IMG/VR virus record: IMGVR_UViG_3300043394_000609
Source of the DNA: a virus
Lineage: Duplodnaviria > Caudoviricetes
DNA: 64,000 bases
Strand: one strand, 5' to 3'
Positions 1 through 8,870 of this stretch are shown one piece after another. A program made the translations under genes and the position numbers. The notes under the pieces are model-generated. The model made no database searches. It worked only from the letters and a program-made list of their open reading frames with translations, and had not been told where the DNA came from. Position 1 is the first letter of the stretch. Every line of letters begins with the position of its first letter.

Positions 1-65
1 GCAGATAAAAATTCTGAATTGTTATTATTTAAAAAGCTCATATCTTTATTAGTTTATTGTTTTTG

Positions 66-1349
66 TTATTGACAAGCACTACCTTGTATATCCATTGTTA
101 TTGTTAAGTTTGGTCCTGTTGATAAATCTACATTTGTAAATTCATAATAACCTGGTGTAGTTACACATACACTATATGCTATAGGACTTAATGCTAAATT
201 TAACGGAACGTCATTCGCAACTGAGATGTAAACCCCAACTGTTGAAAGCGATGTACCGTTTGTATAACCTCCTTGTAAGTAACCACCGTTAACTACTGGG
301 AATGAATTAGTATCTTCTATAATAACAACACCATTTACTTCAACACCTATTATCGTTCCACCATAGGTATCAAAATTATTCACAAATACTAAACCAATAC
401 CACCTGATTCAGGTGTTGGTGTGAGTGTAAGTGTAGGTGTTGGTGTAGCATTTGATTCAACAGAACAAGGTCCAACAGTTGATACTTGAATATCACCACT
501 AGCCGATATTTGACCTGTTTGAGCACAAACTGTAGTTGCATCATAACCATTCACACCCCCAATATACCCATCACCAGGTATACCGTCACAATCAATAAAT
601 GAATAATATTGGGCAGATGATGCCGACGTGCCTAAGGTATATTCGTAGCACTCATTTGAATCACTAATTGGGGTTACTGTTGGTGTAGGGGTTGGAGTTG
701 GTGTGGATTGTTTTGGATTACCGTTACAATCATACTCATTTAAAGCGTTAATGATGCCAACTGTAGTTGCATCACTTGTGGTGCCATTATATTGATACAC
801 CGCCCCCGCATTCGGTGAACCTGAAATTCCAATAGTATCACTATATAGAGGTTCATCGGTGAAACCACCATTTATTAATGTATTATATGTTGCAACAAAT
901 CTACTTAATGCAGTTTCATTAGGGTCATAACATAATAAGAATTCATAATTTGTTTCTGGAACAGCAGTAGGCGTCGGAGTGGCCGTAGCTGTTGGCGTTA
1001 ATGTGACGGTAAGCGTTGGTGTTACCGTAGGTGTTAATGTTACCGTAGGTGTTGGTGTTGGCGTTAATGTGACGGTAAGCGTTGGTGTTACCGTAGGTGT
1101 TGGTGTCGCTATCAAATAAATTACTTGATTTGTTGGACACGCATCAATTATATCAATTCTAGTATTATATAATGTGATTGAAATAGAATTATCTGGAATT
1201 GATATTCTAAATCCATCACCTGTCACTAAATCAACATATGTTATCCCAGAATATCCTAGTATATTACCAGATCCGTTATCGTAATAGATATTATACGGCC
1301 CTAAATCAGTACCTTCTGTTATTTTTACATCAAAAATTTTATTTGCCAT
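66..1349 (-). CDS. Modular virion fibre/adhesin-like protein with Pro-Thr linkers and Cys-containing modules
   Basis: 427 aa. Three PT/xT linkers separate small beta-rich domains. The N-terminal domain and a CYxYT..Y.(F/Y)IDC..TxCA..G module are shared with ORF 4281..5471. TATTTATA motif lies upstream. Confidence 0.6.
   Translation of the reverse strand: MANKIFDVKITEGTDLGPYNIYYDNGSGNILGYSGITYVDLVTGDGFRISIPDNSISITLYNTRIDIIDACPTNQVIYLIATPTPTVTPTLTVTLTPTPTPTVTLTPTVTPTLTVTLTPTATATPTPTAVPETNYEFLLCYDPNETALSRFVATYNTLINGGFTDEPLYSDTIGISGSPNAGAVYQYNGTTSDATTVGIINALNEYDCNGNPKQSTPTPTPTPTVTPISDSNECYEYTLGTSASSAQYYSFIDCDGIPGDGYIGGVNGYDATTVCAQTGQISASGDIQVSTVGPCSVESNATPTPTLTLTPTPESGGIGLVFVNNFDTYGGTIIGVEVNGVVIIEDTNSFPVVNGGYLQGGYTNGTSLSTVGVYISVANDVPLNLALSPIAYSVCVTTPGYYEFTNVDLSTGPNLTITMDIQGSACQ
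990..1101. repeat. 46-bp exact direct repeat inside PT-linker DNA (990-1035 = 1056-1101)
   Basis: tgttggcgttaatgtgacggtaagcgttggtgttaccgtaggtgtt occurs twice. Confidence 0.9.
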
Positions 1350-1352
1350 TCT

Positions 1353-1360
1353 TATAAATA
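1353..1360 (-). promoter_or_regulatory. Putative late promoter TATTTATA
   Basis: 3 nt upstream of the ATG at 1349; the motif recurs at structural gene starts. Confidence 0.65.
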
Positions 1361-1385
1361 TTGGTTAAACCACACCTTTGTTTTA

Positions 1386-2606
1386 TTAATTACAACTGCC
1401 TATCATTGGCCAAAACGAACTATGTGATATGTTTATGGTAGTTGTATCTAATAATGTTCCACCACTATTGTATAATTTTAAATCACCAGATGTGTTTCCA
1501 AACCCATTTGATTCTGTATAGGTTATATAACCTTGCCCTTGTGAATATAACGAGCCACTAGTATATGTCACCGTTGCTGATGAAGACACTAAAGGCGTAT
1601 ATGTCACATAATAACCAACTGGCGCGTCGTAAACATATACAGGGAAATACATAGTACATTGAGCATTATCATTACAATTTCCAGATCTACAAATAGGACT
1701 ACTACCCATGCTAACAGATGGTTCAGCAGTTGTTGGTGTAGCTGTAGGTGTAAGCGTATAAGTAGGCGTATATGTCGGGGTATATGTTGGAGTGTATGTT
1801 GGTGTCAATGTTAGTGTTACTGTTGGTGTCAATGTTGGTGTCGGTGTCGGGTCAATAATTTCAGTAAACGAAGCTTCTAAGACACAATCGTCAATTGTAA
1901 ATTCAATTGAAATTACACATTCACCCATATCTTTTGCGTAAACTGTATACGTCCCAGGTAATAAATTATTTATTACATTAGAACCGCCATATGTTCCATT
2001 AGTCCCCAGTTTATATGAATAAGCTGGACTACCACCTGTAACCGTTACGGTAACCGAACCATTACCAGACACTATTGTACTATTAACAGTTGATGCTTCA
2101 ATTGTCATGTCTTCAGGTTCCGTTAATGTTACCTCCTCAGTTTCAGTAAGCCCATAACAATCAGTAACTGTTATTGTATATGTTCCCTCATCTAAACTAT
2201 CGAGATTTTTTGATGTTGATGAAAAACCATTTGGACCAATCCAAGAATATGTATATGGCGGAGCACCACCACAGACTTCAATTTGTATTATTCCAGTATT
2301 TCCTGGGCCAGGATAATCTGGACACACACTATTAATAGGGTATGCTGTTATTGTTATTGGTGTTGGAACTAATCTAACCGGGAAAATTTGGTCTTTACAT
2401 CCAGGGCAACCAATTTTAATATAAATCACATCATCAATATACGTGTCTATTGTAGAACCACTAATCGTTAATGTGTTCCCAGTAAATCCAGAAACATATA
2501 AATCATATTCACCATATTCCGACGATGAAATGTAAACATCTTGTGGATTATCAATCTGAGAAAATCCTGGTTCTATTTGAAACCCAATTTCAATTCCTTT
2601 TGCCAT
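1386..2606 (-). CDS. SprB-repeat and PT-linker virion adhesin-like protein
   Basis: Two SprB-like repeats (GIIQIEVCGGAPPYTYSW...LDEGTYTITVTDCYG; GSVTVTVTGGSPAYSY...LLPGTYTVYAKDMGEC), a (TPTY)n linker and a Cys-containing C-terminal domain. Confidence 0.7.
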   Translation of the reverse strand: MAKGIEIGFQIEPGFSQIDNPQDVYISSSEYGEYDLYVSGFTGNTLTISGSTIDTYIDDVIYIKIGCPGCKDQIFPVRLVPTPITITAYPINSVCPDYPGPGNTGIIQIEVCGGAPPYTYSWIGPNGFSSTSKNLDSLDEGTYTITVTDCYGLTETEEVTLTEPEDMTIEASTVNSTIVSGNGSVTVTVTGGSPAYSYKLGTNGTYGGSNVINNLLPGTYTVYAKDMGECVISIEFTIDDCVLEASFTEIIDPTPTPTLTPTVTLTLTPTYTPTYTPTYTPTYTLTPTATPTTAEPSVSMGSSPICRSGNCNDNAQCTMYFPVYVYDAPVGYYVTYTPLVSSSATVTYTSGSLYSQGQGYITYTESNGFGNTSGDLKLYNSGGTLLDTTTINISHSSFWPMIGSCN

Positions 2607-3193
2607 TAATGATTTGATAGATTTAATGCTTTGATGTCATAACCACCTTGCTTTTTATTTGCTGCATTTATATTGTGACCGTCATAATGTTCAATAAAAA
2701 AGTACACTAACCCAGTTGGATTTGAATTAGAATATGTTACGTTATAACTATATGGTAATGTTTGATTGCTTACCATTGCAGTCATTGGAAAATTAGTTGT
2801 TGTACCAGTATAAATGTTGTAATGCCTATTATTTGAAGCATTATTTGGATAAACCTCAGAAATTGTTATTTCTTTAGTTATCCAATGACCACATGAAATT
2901 AATTCAGCAGTAACATCAACGTCAATTCTATCATAACATTCGTACACTTTACTGTCAGAAGTTCTAACATTTTCTATGATGTATCTACCAGTAACTGTAT
3001 CGGTTAATTTAAACCAATATTCTGTGTCAAAATTTAAATTATCCACTGTTATCGGCGATAACATATAATCTCTTACATCCGATGATTGAAAAGTACCATT
3101 TACTGACGTAAAAGTTCCCTTTGGGTGTGTTGAATAACCCAAAGTAAAATCATTTTTCGATTTAATATTATATAATCTAACTACTAATCCCAT
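2606..3193 (-). CDS. Hypothetical virion protein with FN3/Ig-like beta domains
   Basis: 195 aa; ITVDNLNFDTEYWFKLTD resembles an FN3 strand; stop/start overlap with the next gene; late motif variant upstream. Confidence 0.45.
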   Translation of the reverse strand: MGLVVRLYNIKSKNDFTLGYSTHPKGTFTSVNGTFQSSDVRDYMLSPITVDNLNFDTEYWFKLTDTVTGRYIIENVRTSDSKVYECYDRIDVDVTAELISCGHWITKEITISEVYPNNASNNRHYNIYTGTTTNFPMTAMVSNQTLPYSYNVTYSNSNPTGLVYFFIEHYDGHNINAANKKQGGYDIKALNLSNH

Positions 3194-3198
3194 ATTAA

Positions 3199-3206
3199 CA
3201 TAAATA
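3199..3206 (-). promoter_or_regulatory. Putative late promoter variant TATTTATG
   Basis: 5 nt upstream of the ATG at 3193, just after a terminator. Confidence 0.5.
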
Positions 3207-3226
3207 CAACCATATAAAATTTAAAT

Positions 3227-3252
3227 AAAAAAACCCCGTTAGTAAAGGGGTT
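3227..3252 (-). terminator. Rho-independent terminator
   Basis: AACCCC/GGGGTT stem followed by a U-run on the minus strand, downstream of ORF 3278..4252. Confidence 0.75.
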
Positions 3253-3277
3253 AAATTATTAGATATGTTGTTTTTAT

Positions 3278-4252
3278 TTATTCTGATAAGAAAGTTGGGT
3301 TCTCAATACCGCAATGTGTGTCGTCATCACATGAACGAACAATAGCACTATATAATGTTACATCTGAAACACCTAAATAATTATCATTGATGATCGTCCC
3401 ACAATGTATAAATTCACGATTTATTTTAATTAAAAATTCCACAACATCACCAACCTCGAAAGTTTGAGTTTTTTGTGCATTCCAATATAATCCAGTTTCA
3501 CAATCTTGAATTAAATAATTAATTGTCTGCACGCTTGTTGGGGTTGGTGTCGGGGTTGGTGTCGGCGCCATTATTTCAACCAAACCACTATTAACAATAC
3601 AACCATTTGCATCTGTTACTTCCAAACAATAATAACCACCGGTTAAATTCGATATTACTTGATCTTTTGTCACCAACGTAACGTCCGTTATTGTTTCTAT
3701 TAACGTATCTCCACATCCAGCAACGTATGGTGATGCCGTATCTTTATATAAACGATAAGTTTTAGGCCAAACCCCACCAGTTGACGAAGCGGTTAATGAA
3801 GCATCACCAGCAGTAATTGTTGAAACATTTATTTCTGGTTGTGTTACCGTCACATCAAATGTTTTAACATTACCATTATTGTCTTTTATATAAACAACAT
3901 AATTACTTGAAGTTAAAGAAGTATATGTCTTAGTGGTAATTAATGCCTCGTATGAACCATCTGAATTTAACTTAATTGAATATAAACCACCAGTACCTCC
4001 GGATACATTTGATATGGTTATTGATCCATCACTACCACCATAACAGCTAATCGCAGTGAAATCTATCGTTGCTGAAATTGGTGTAAGACAATCATTAACG
4101 GGAAGTAATAAACCATTTAATTGTTGTCTATACACATTGTTAATTGAATAATATCCATCTGGTGCCAATGTTGTACGAGAACTATCCTCCCATATTTTTG
4201 TTGCGGTATCAAATCTTGAAGTGTCAATAAAGTAAATCCCTGTAATTGCCAT
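3278..4252 (-). CDS. SprB-repeat and PT-linker virion adhesin-like protein
   Basis: ISCYGGSDGSITISNVSGGTG and LTGGYYCLEVTDANGC are SprB-type repeats; N-terminal APDGYY module; PT linker; Cys-rich C-terminal module. Confidence 0.7.
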   Translation of the reverse strand: MAITGIYFIDTSRFDTATKIWEDSSRTTLAPDGYYSINNVYRQQLNGLLLPVNDCLTPISATIDFTAISCYGGSDGSITISNVSGGTGGLYSIKLNSDGSYEALITTKTYTSLTSSNYVVYIKDNNGNVKTFDVTVTQPEINVSTITAGDASLTASSTGGVWPKTYRLYKDTASPYVAGCGDTLIETITDVTLVTKDQVISNLTGGYYCLEVTDANGCIVNSGLVEIMAPTPTPTPTPTSVQTINYLIQDCETGLYWNAQKTQTFEVGDVVEFLIKINREFIHCGTIINDNYLGVSDVTLYSAIVRSCDDDTHCGIENPTFLSE

Positions 4253-4258
4253 ATATTA

Positions 4259-4266
4259 TATAAATA
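4259..4266 (-). promoter_or_regulatory. Putative late promoter TATTTATA
   Basis: 6 nt upstream of the ATG at 4252. Confidence 0.65.
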
Positions 4267-4280
4267 GAATATTTTTATTT

Positions 4281-5471
4281 TTAATCTTTTATTAATCTTA
4301 CAGAAATTCCCTGAGTTGGGCTAACCCAACCTTTATCAATTACATTGGATATATTAGTTAATGAATAACCCCAAATTTGTTCAAGCCCTGGTGTGTTATT
4401 AGTTCTAGAAGAACTCGCAAGTATCGTTGCACCTTGTAGTTCGCCGAAATAACCAGCAGTTGCTCTATTTCCTGCAGGAAGAGCCGTAAACCCAGATGTG
4501 TTACTTCCAACCGAAAGACCTCCGAACCAATGGCATGACCCAGCTTCTTTTAAGTAACCACCGATTTCAAGTTGATAAAAACTACTTCCAGTACCCCATG
4601 TATCAATCCAAGTACCGCCACCTAATGTTGCGGTTAGTGTTGTCCAATCATCATTTGAAGGTACACGATAACCAATTGGTGCCAATCCACCGTGATCGGT
4701 ATCTAAAATTGCGTATATGTTGTATAGTTTACCATATGTTGTACCATTTGATGTTTGATTTTCATAATAACACCAAGCACCGGTTGTTAAATACGCCCAT
4801 TCAGATGGGTCTGTTACTTGTGGTATCGTTGTACCATCTCTATATGTTGTAACATCTAAATTACAACCCGCCCAAATTTGTGACCCTATTGTAACATCAT
4901 GTGCTACACAATCAGCACATGGATCTGGTGTGGGTGTGGGTGTTGGTGTTGGGATAATTTCACATACACATGCTAGTTCTGGTGAATTTTCGTCATAACA
5001 TAACTCAATACTAGTTACTTCACAACCTTGTATAAGACTTAATTCAAGTCCATCAGCATTAACTGTACCATACATCGCACAAAAAGTATGTTCTACTTGT
5101 CCATTGGTACCGTCAATAATTGTCGATATCTCGTTGCATTCGCAATCAATATAATTATATTCGGAAACACCGTTATCCGATGTTACTGTGTATGTGTAAC
5201 AGCCAATTGGAATTGTGTAACTATCGTTATTAACACCATCATTATCTGAACAAAAAGAATCTGGATCACTACTCAAGACAATTGATGTTGTCTCATCTGG
5301 AACCGAAACTAAAATGCCATATATATCTGATAGCTCGTTAAAAGTTAATCCTGTGGCAGGTTGACCATTTGAATGTAATAATGCTCTTTTGTTTGTGTCT
5401 ATTGAATCATAATAAATGTCAAATAAACTATCTGACGAACCAATGACTATTCTTACTTTTACGTATTTCAT
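4281..5471 (-). CDS. Virion protein with C-terminal FISUMP (Fibrobacter succinogenes major paralogous) domain
   Basis: VTIGSQIWAGCNL, AWCYYEN, YGKLYN, GLAPIGYRVPSNDDW, NTSGFTALPAGNR and GISVRLIKD are FISUMP hallmarks; a PT linker precedes the domain. Confidence 0.85.
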   Translation of the reverse strand: MKYVKVRIVIGSSDSLFDIYYDSIDTNKRALLHSNGQPATGLTFNELSDIYGILVSVPDETTSIVLSSDPDSFCSDNDGVNNDSYTIPIGCYTYTVTSDNGVSEYNYIDCECNEISTIIDGTNGQVEHTFCAMYGTVNADGLELSLIQGCEVTSIELCYDENSPELACVCEIIPTPTPTPTPDPCADCVAHDVTIGSQIWAGCNLDVTTYRDGTTIPQVTDPSEWAYLTTGAWCYYENQTSNGTTYGKLYNIYAILDTDHGGLAPIGYRVPSNDDWTTLTATLGGGTWIDTWGTGSSFYQLEIGGYLKEAGSCHWFGGLSVGSNTSGFTALPAGNRATAGYFGELQGATILASSSRTNNTPGLEQIWGYSLTNISNVIDKGWVSPTQGISVRLIKD

Positions 5472-5481
5472 TTATATTATA

Positions 5482-8400
5482 TTAAGTTAATGGGCAAGAT
5501 AATTCAGTTATATACCAACCAGTATTACTATTCACACCAATACAAACTATTTTAATAGATGTTGGTGTTGATGCAGTTTTATTAAACGATAATTTTACAT
5601 TACCATCAGACGATTTGGCTCCTGAACTAGGATAATTTGCAACAACATTTAATTGACTACCAACAGAACCAGAAGATCGGGTGTCATCATTACTTGCTAC
5701 TGAACTTGCATCATAAGACACACTAATGGTTCCGTTTGTGTTCCAAGCTGGATTCTGAAACGCGTTACCACCTGTTCCAACGTATGTGAATTTATTTAAC
5801 GAAGTTATACTTGATAACCCAGAAATAAATGCATTTCTTCCATCAGTACCTGTATCATTCGTTAAATAATCACCAACAAAAAGAGAATCAGCAACTAAAT
5901 TATCATCCCAGAAAATTTGAAATCTATCTGGTAAATTACTTGCGTCAAAAGTTACCCCAACTGTTCCAGTGTTTGACCCTACAACGGCACTAACCTCATA
6001 ATAACCTTGAGTACCTGAGGCACTTAATGAACCACCACACTCGACACCAGGTATTATCGTTGGTGTATTCGTAGGTGTTGGGGTTGGTGTCGGGGTTGGT
6101 TGGTAACAAACGGTACTAGTACCTATAACATATGTTGTTTTATTTAATGGATTAGGTGTTGTTATATTACTAATAGTAATCCCAGTCACAATTTCATTAA
6201 CACCAATTTGACTACCATAATTCACAAATGTTGACGGTGATATATTAGACGTTTTTACATTATACGTACCACTAAGTCCTATATTTTGACTATATACATT
6301 AACAACCATATTAATTGGATTGGTTGTCGTCGTTGGTATACCATCTAACACACTATTAATAAAAAACCCCCTATTAAAATTTGAGTCACATCGTTCTTCT
6401 ACGTTTAATGTAATCGTTTGTTCGTTATAATAATAAAATGAATCATTCCCAATCCAATCAATCAAAGGTCTGTACCATCCCGTATCCGCTTCCGAATGTG
6501 ATGTTGTATTAAAATTATCATAAATTTGGAAATCATCTAAGGTTTCTAAATTATTAATAAACCCCTTTCTTAAATTACCATCAGTATATAAACTATTAGG
6601 GTCAAAACTTTTATTATTATCATAACTATTTGTTAGATATTCCAACGATGAACGATTACTATTTGTCATAAACCAGTTACTTGAATAGTCCAAGTTTGTG
6701 GTCACAATTGGTTGTCCAGTTGTTGTTGTTGTACTATTTGAAGATGTCATATAATATATGTTATCAATAACACCATTTGTTGTATGGTAAAAAGTACAAT
6801 ATGGTGTTGAACCTGTTACACCGTAATAACCATCTAATACTTTTTGACAACCAGAAGCATCAAAATATAAACTTTTACCAATAGTTGCTCCGCCATTATC
6901 TCGATTATCGTAAAATACATTGGCTTGAGTTGGGATAGTTTCAATTTTTAATTCGTGAGTAAAAGAAATGGTAAGTTCACCAATTAAATCATCATCAATT
7001 ATTTTACAATAATTCGCATAATTTTCCGCATAGTCAACTGCCGCGTTAAATACCGCTAAGGCTTTATTGTTTGCATCTTGTTGACTTATACAACTAAACT
7101 CAGTACCATTTTCAACTGTAATTACCGTTTCAGTCGCATCTTCCAAATCACAACAATTCGGTGTTACATTGTGTGTTAGATTTCCATTATTATAATAAAC
7201 TGTCCCACCACCACAATACGGTAATGGTTTTCCTGAAGTATATGACAAAACGATTAATTTATTGTAACTAGTTACAAGTGTTGGATCATCCGCTTTCATT
7301 GAAACGAGTTTTTGAGGGATGAATAAACCAAGAACGTGCTTAATTGAAAAAGTGTATGATAAGTCTTTTGATATTATTTTACCACCATTTTGTCTGTAAT
7401 AATACACCCCATCACAATAATACCCATCGTTAACTGTTGTAAGTGGTGATGGTGTTCGATAAAGTATTGTGTCGTGTGATTCGTTACTAACTTCAATGTA
7501 AGGTGTGTCAGTAAAATGATGTAAAAACTGCGCACAATTTTCTCTATATCTTTTTGTTTTTTTGGCAAAAATAATTATAAGTAATAGTATTACAAGTACA
7601 ATCGCTAAAGCATAAACATTCCAGAATGCCGCTTTTAGAAACGACCCAACAACTGTTTTTGAGAACCCCCAAGCTTTAAAACCACCATACAACGATTCAA
7701 ACCACGCAGCAACTTGAGTTGCGACGTTAGTCGAAGCCAATGCCGCACCAAGTGGGGCTAACATTGATAATCCTAATATTGTTGATGCCGTTCTATAATC
7801 ATTAATATTCCAACCTCTATTATACCCTTTAACAACCCCGAATAACACTTTATTTAAAGCGTGTGTTGAACCTGCCACCGCATAAGTATCATTATCTGAC
7901 ACCTCATATAACCTAAAAACACTATCGTTAGAATTTAATTTTTTAGTAAGGTCATATCCCATATAGTACCTATATTGTTCTGGTTGGGTTAATGTTGTTT
8001 TATCAAAAACACTTCTTAATAACCCAACACCCTCAACAAATGGTATGGTACAAGCATCTGAAGTTTGATTAGTTTGATTAAACCATAACTGTGGTCCGAA
8101 AATCTCTTCCGTTATTTTCGCCTTTCTAAATAATTTTTTTGTAACCGTCGTTTCCATTTGGGTACCATATGATCTATCGAAAACACCACCTACTTTATAT
8201 ACGTAATTACCATAACCATAGTAGTAAGGTAATGCTGGATTATTAAATCCTTTAGACGCGTATATTGGTGTGTTTTCAACCCAGGATTCTATTGGTGTTC
8301 TAGAATATAGATTCGTTGTTAATTTAGATTGACCTGCAATTGCATCATATGGTGAATAAACGTGTAATCCAGTTTCATATTCATATAATGGTATTGGACA

Positions 8401-8856
8401 ATTATATGAAATTGTTGCACTTGATGTTGTTGGTGGTGTCCCCTTTTTACCCATCGAAACACAAACATTTAGTAAGTTACTTTTTATCTTGTCTTCAATA
8501 TTAACGATTACATAAAAAACATTCGTTTGATTAACAAAATCACCATTTTTTAAAATATATTCATTAAGCACTAACGATGCTTTAACAGGTTTATATAAAT
8601 CATCCTCAGCTTGTGATACCGAAACAAAACCGCCGTTAGGGTCAAAGAACCCAACTGAAACATAATCTAATGTTCCAGTATATGTAACCTGAAAAACACC
8701 CATACCATAATCGGTATCACCTAAATCTAATGTTACGGTTTTATTTGCAAACCTAATTGATTTACCGTATGCGCCCTCTTCACCATTTGACGGTCTAGCC
8801 GACACATATTCGTTTTGTGTGAAATTTATTATTTTAGTATTGTTGAATGTTGGCAT
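5482..8856 (-). CDS. Large modular virion protein with internal hydrophobic/TM segment, DUF5977-like module and PT linker
   Basis: 1124 aa; ALAIVLVILLLIIIFAKK; YYN...NCC...SCISQQDANNKA...YANYC; C-terminal PDRF...DSLFVG...TGWY...CP domain. Confidence 0.6.
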   Translation of the reverse strand: MPTFNNTKIINFTQNEYVSARPSNGEEGAYGKSIRFANKTVTLDLGDTDYGMGVFQVTYTGTLDYVSVGFFDPNGGFVSVSQAEDDLYKPVKASLVLNEYILKNGDFVNQTNVFYVIVNIEDKIKSNLLNVCVSMGKKGTPPTTSSATISYNCPIPLYEYETGLHVYSPYDAIAGQSKLTTNLYSRTPIESWVENTPIYASKGFNNPALPYYYGYGNYVYKVGGVFDRSYGTQMETTVTKKLFRKAKITEEIFGPQLWFNQTNQTSDACTIPFVEGVGLLRSVFDKTTLTQPEQYRYYMGYDLTKKLNSNDSVFRLYEVSDNDTYAVAGSTHALNKVLFGVVKGYNRGWNINDYRTASTILGLSMLAPLGAALASTNVATQVAAWFESLYGGFKAWGFSKTVVGSFLKAAFWNVYALAIVLVILLLIIIFAKKTKRYRENCAQFLHHFTDTPYIEVSNESHDTILYRTPSPLTTVNDGYYCDGVYYYRQNGGKIISKDLSYTFSIKHVLGLFIPQKLVSMKADDPTLVTSYNKLIVLSYTSGKPLPYCGGGTVYYNNGNLTHNVTPNCCDLEDATETVITVENGTEFSCISQQDANNKALAVFNAAVDYAENYANYCKIIDDDLIGELTISFTHELKIETIPTQANVFYDNRDNGGATIGKSLYFDASGCQKVLDGYYGVTGSTPYCTFYHTTNGVIDNIYYMTSSNSTTTTTGQPIVTTNLDYSSNWFMTNSNRSSLEYLTNSYDNNKSFDPNSLYTDGNLRKGFINNLETLDDFQIYDNFNTTSHSEADTGWYRPLIDWIGNDSFYYYNEQTITLNVEERCDSNFNRGFFINSVLDGIPTTTTNPINMVVNVYSQNIGLSGTYNVKTSNISPSTFVNYGSQIGVNEIVTGITISNITTPNPLNKTTYVIGTSTVCYQPTPTPTPTPTNTPTIIPGVECGGSLSASGTQGYYEVSAVVGSNTGTVGVTFDASNLPDRFQIFWDDNLVADSLFVGDYLTNDTGTDGRNAFISGLSSITSLNKFTYVGTGGNAFQNPAWNTNGTISVSYDASSVASNDDTRSSGSVGSQLNVVANYPSSGAKSSDGNVKLSFNKTASTPTSIKIVCIGVNSNTGWYITELSCPLT

Positions 8857-8870
8857 TTTTTATTTGTTAA

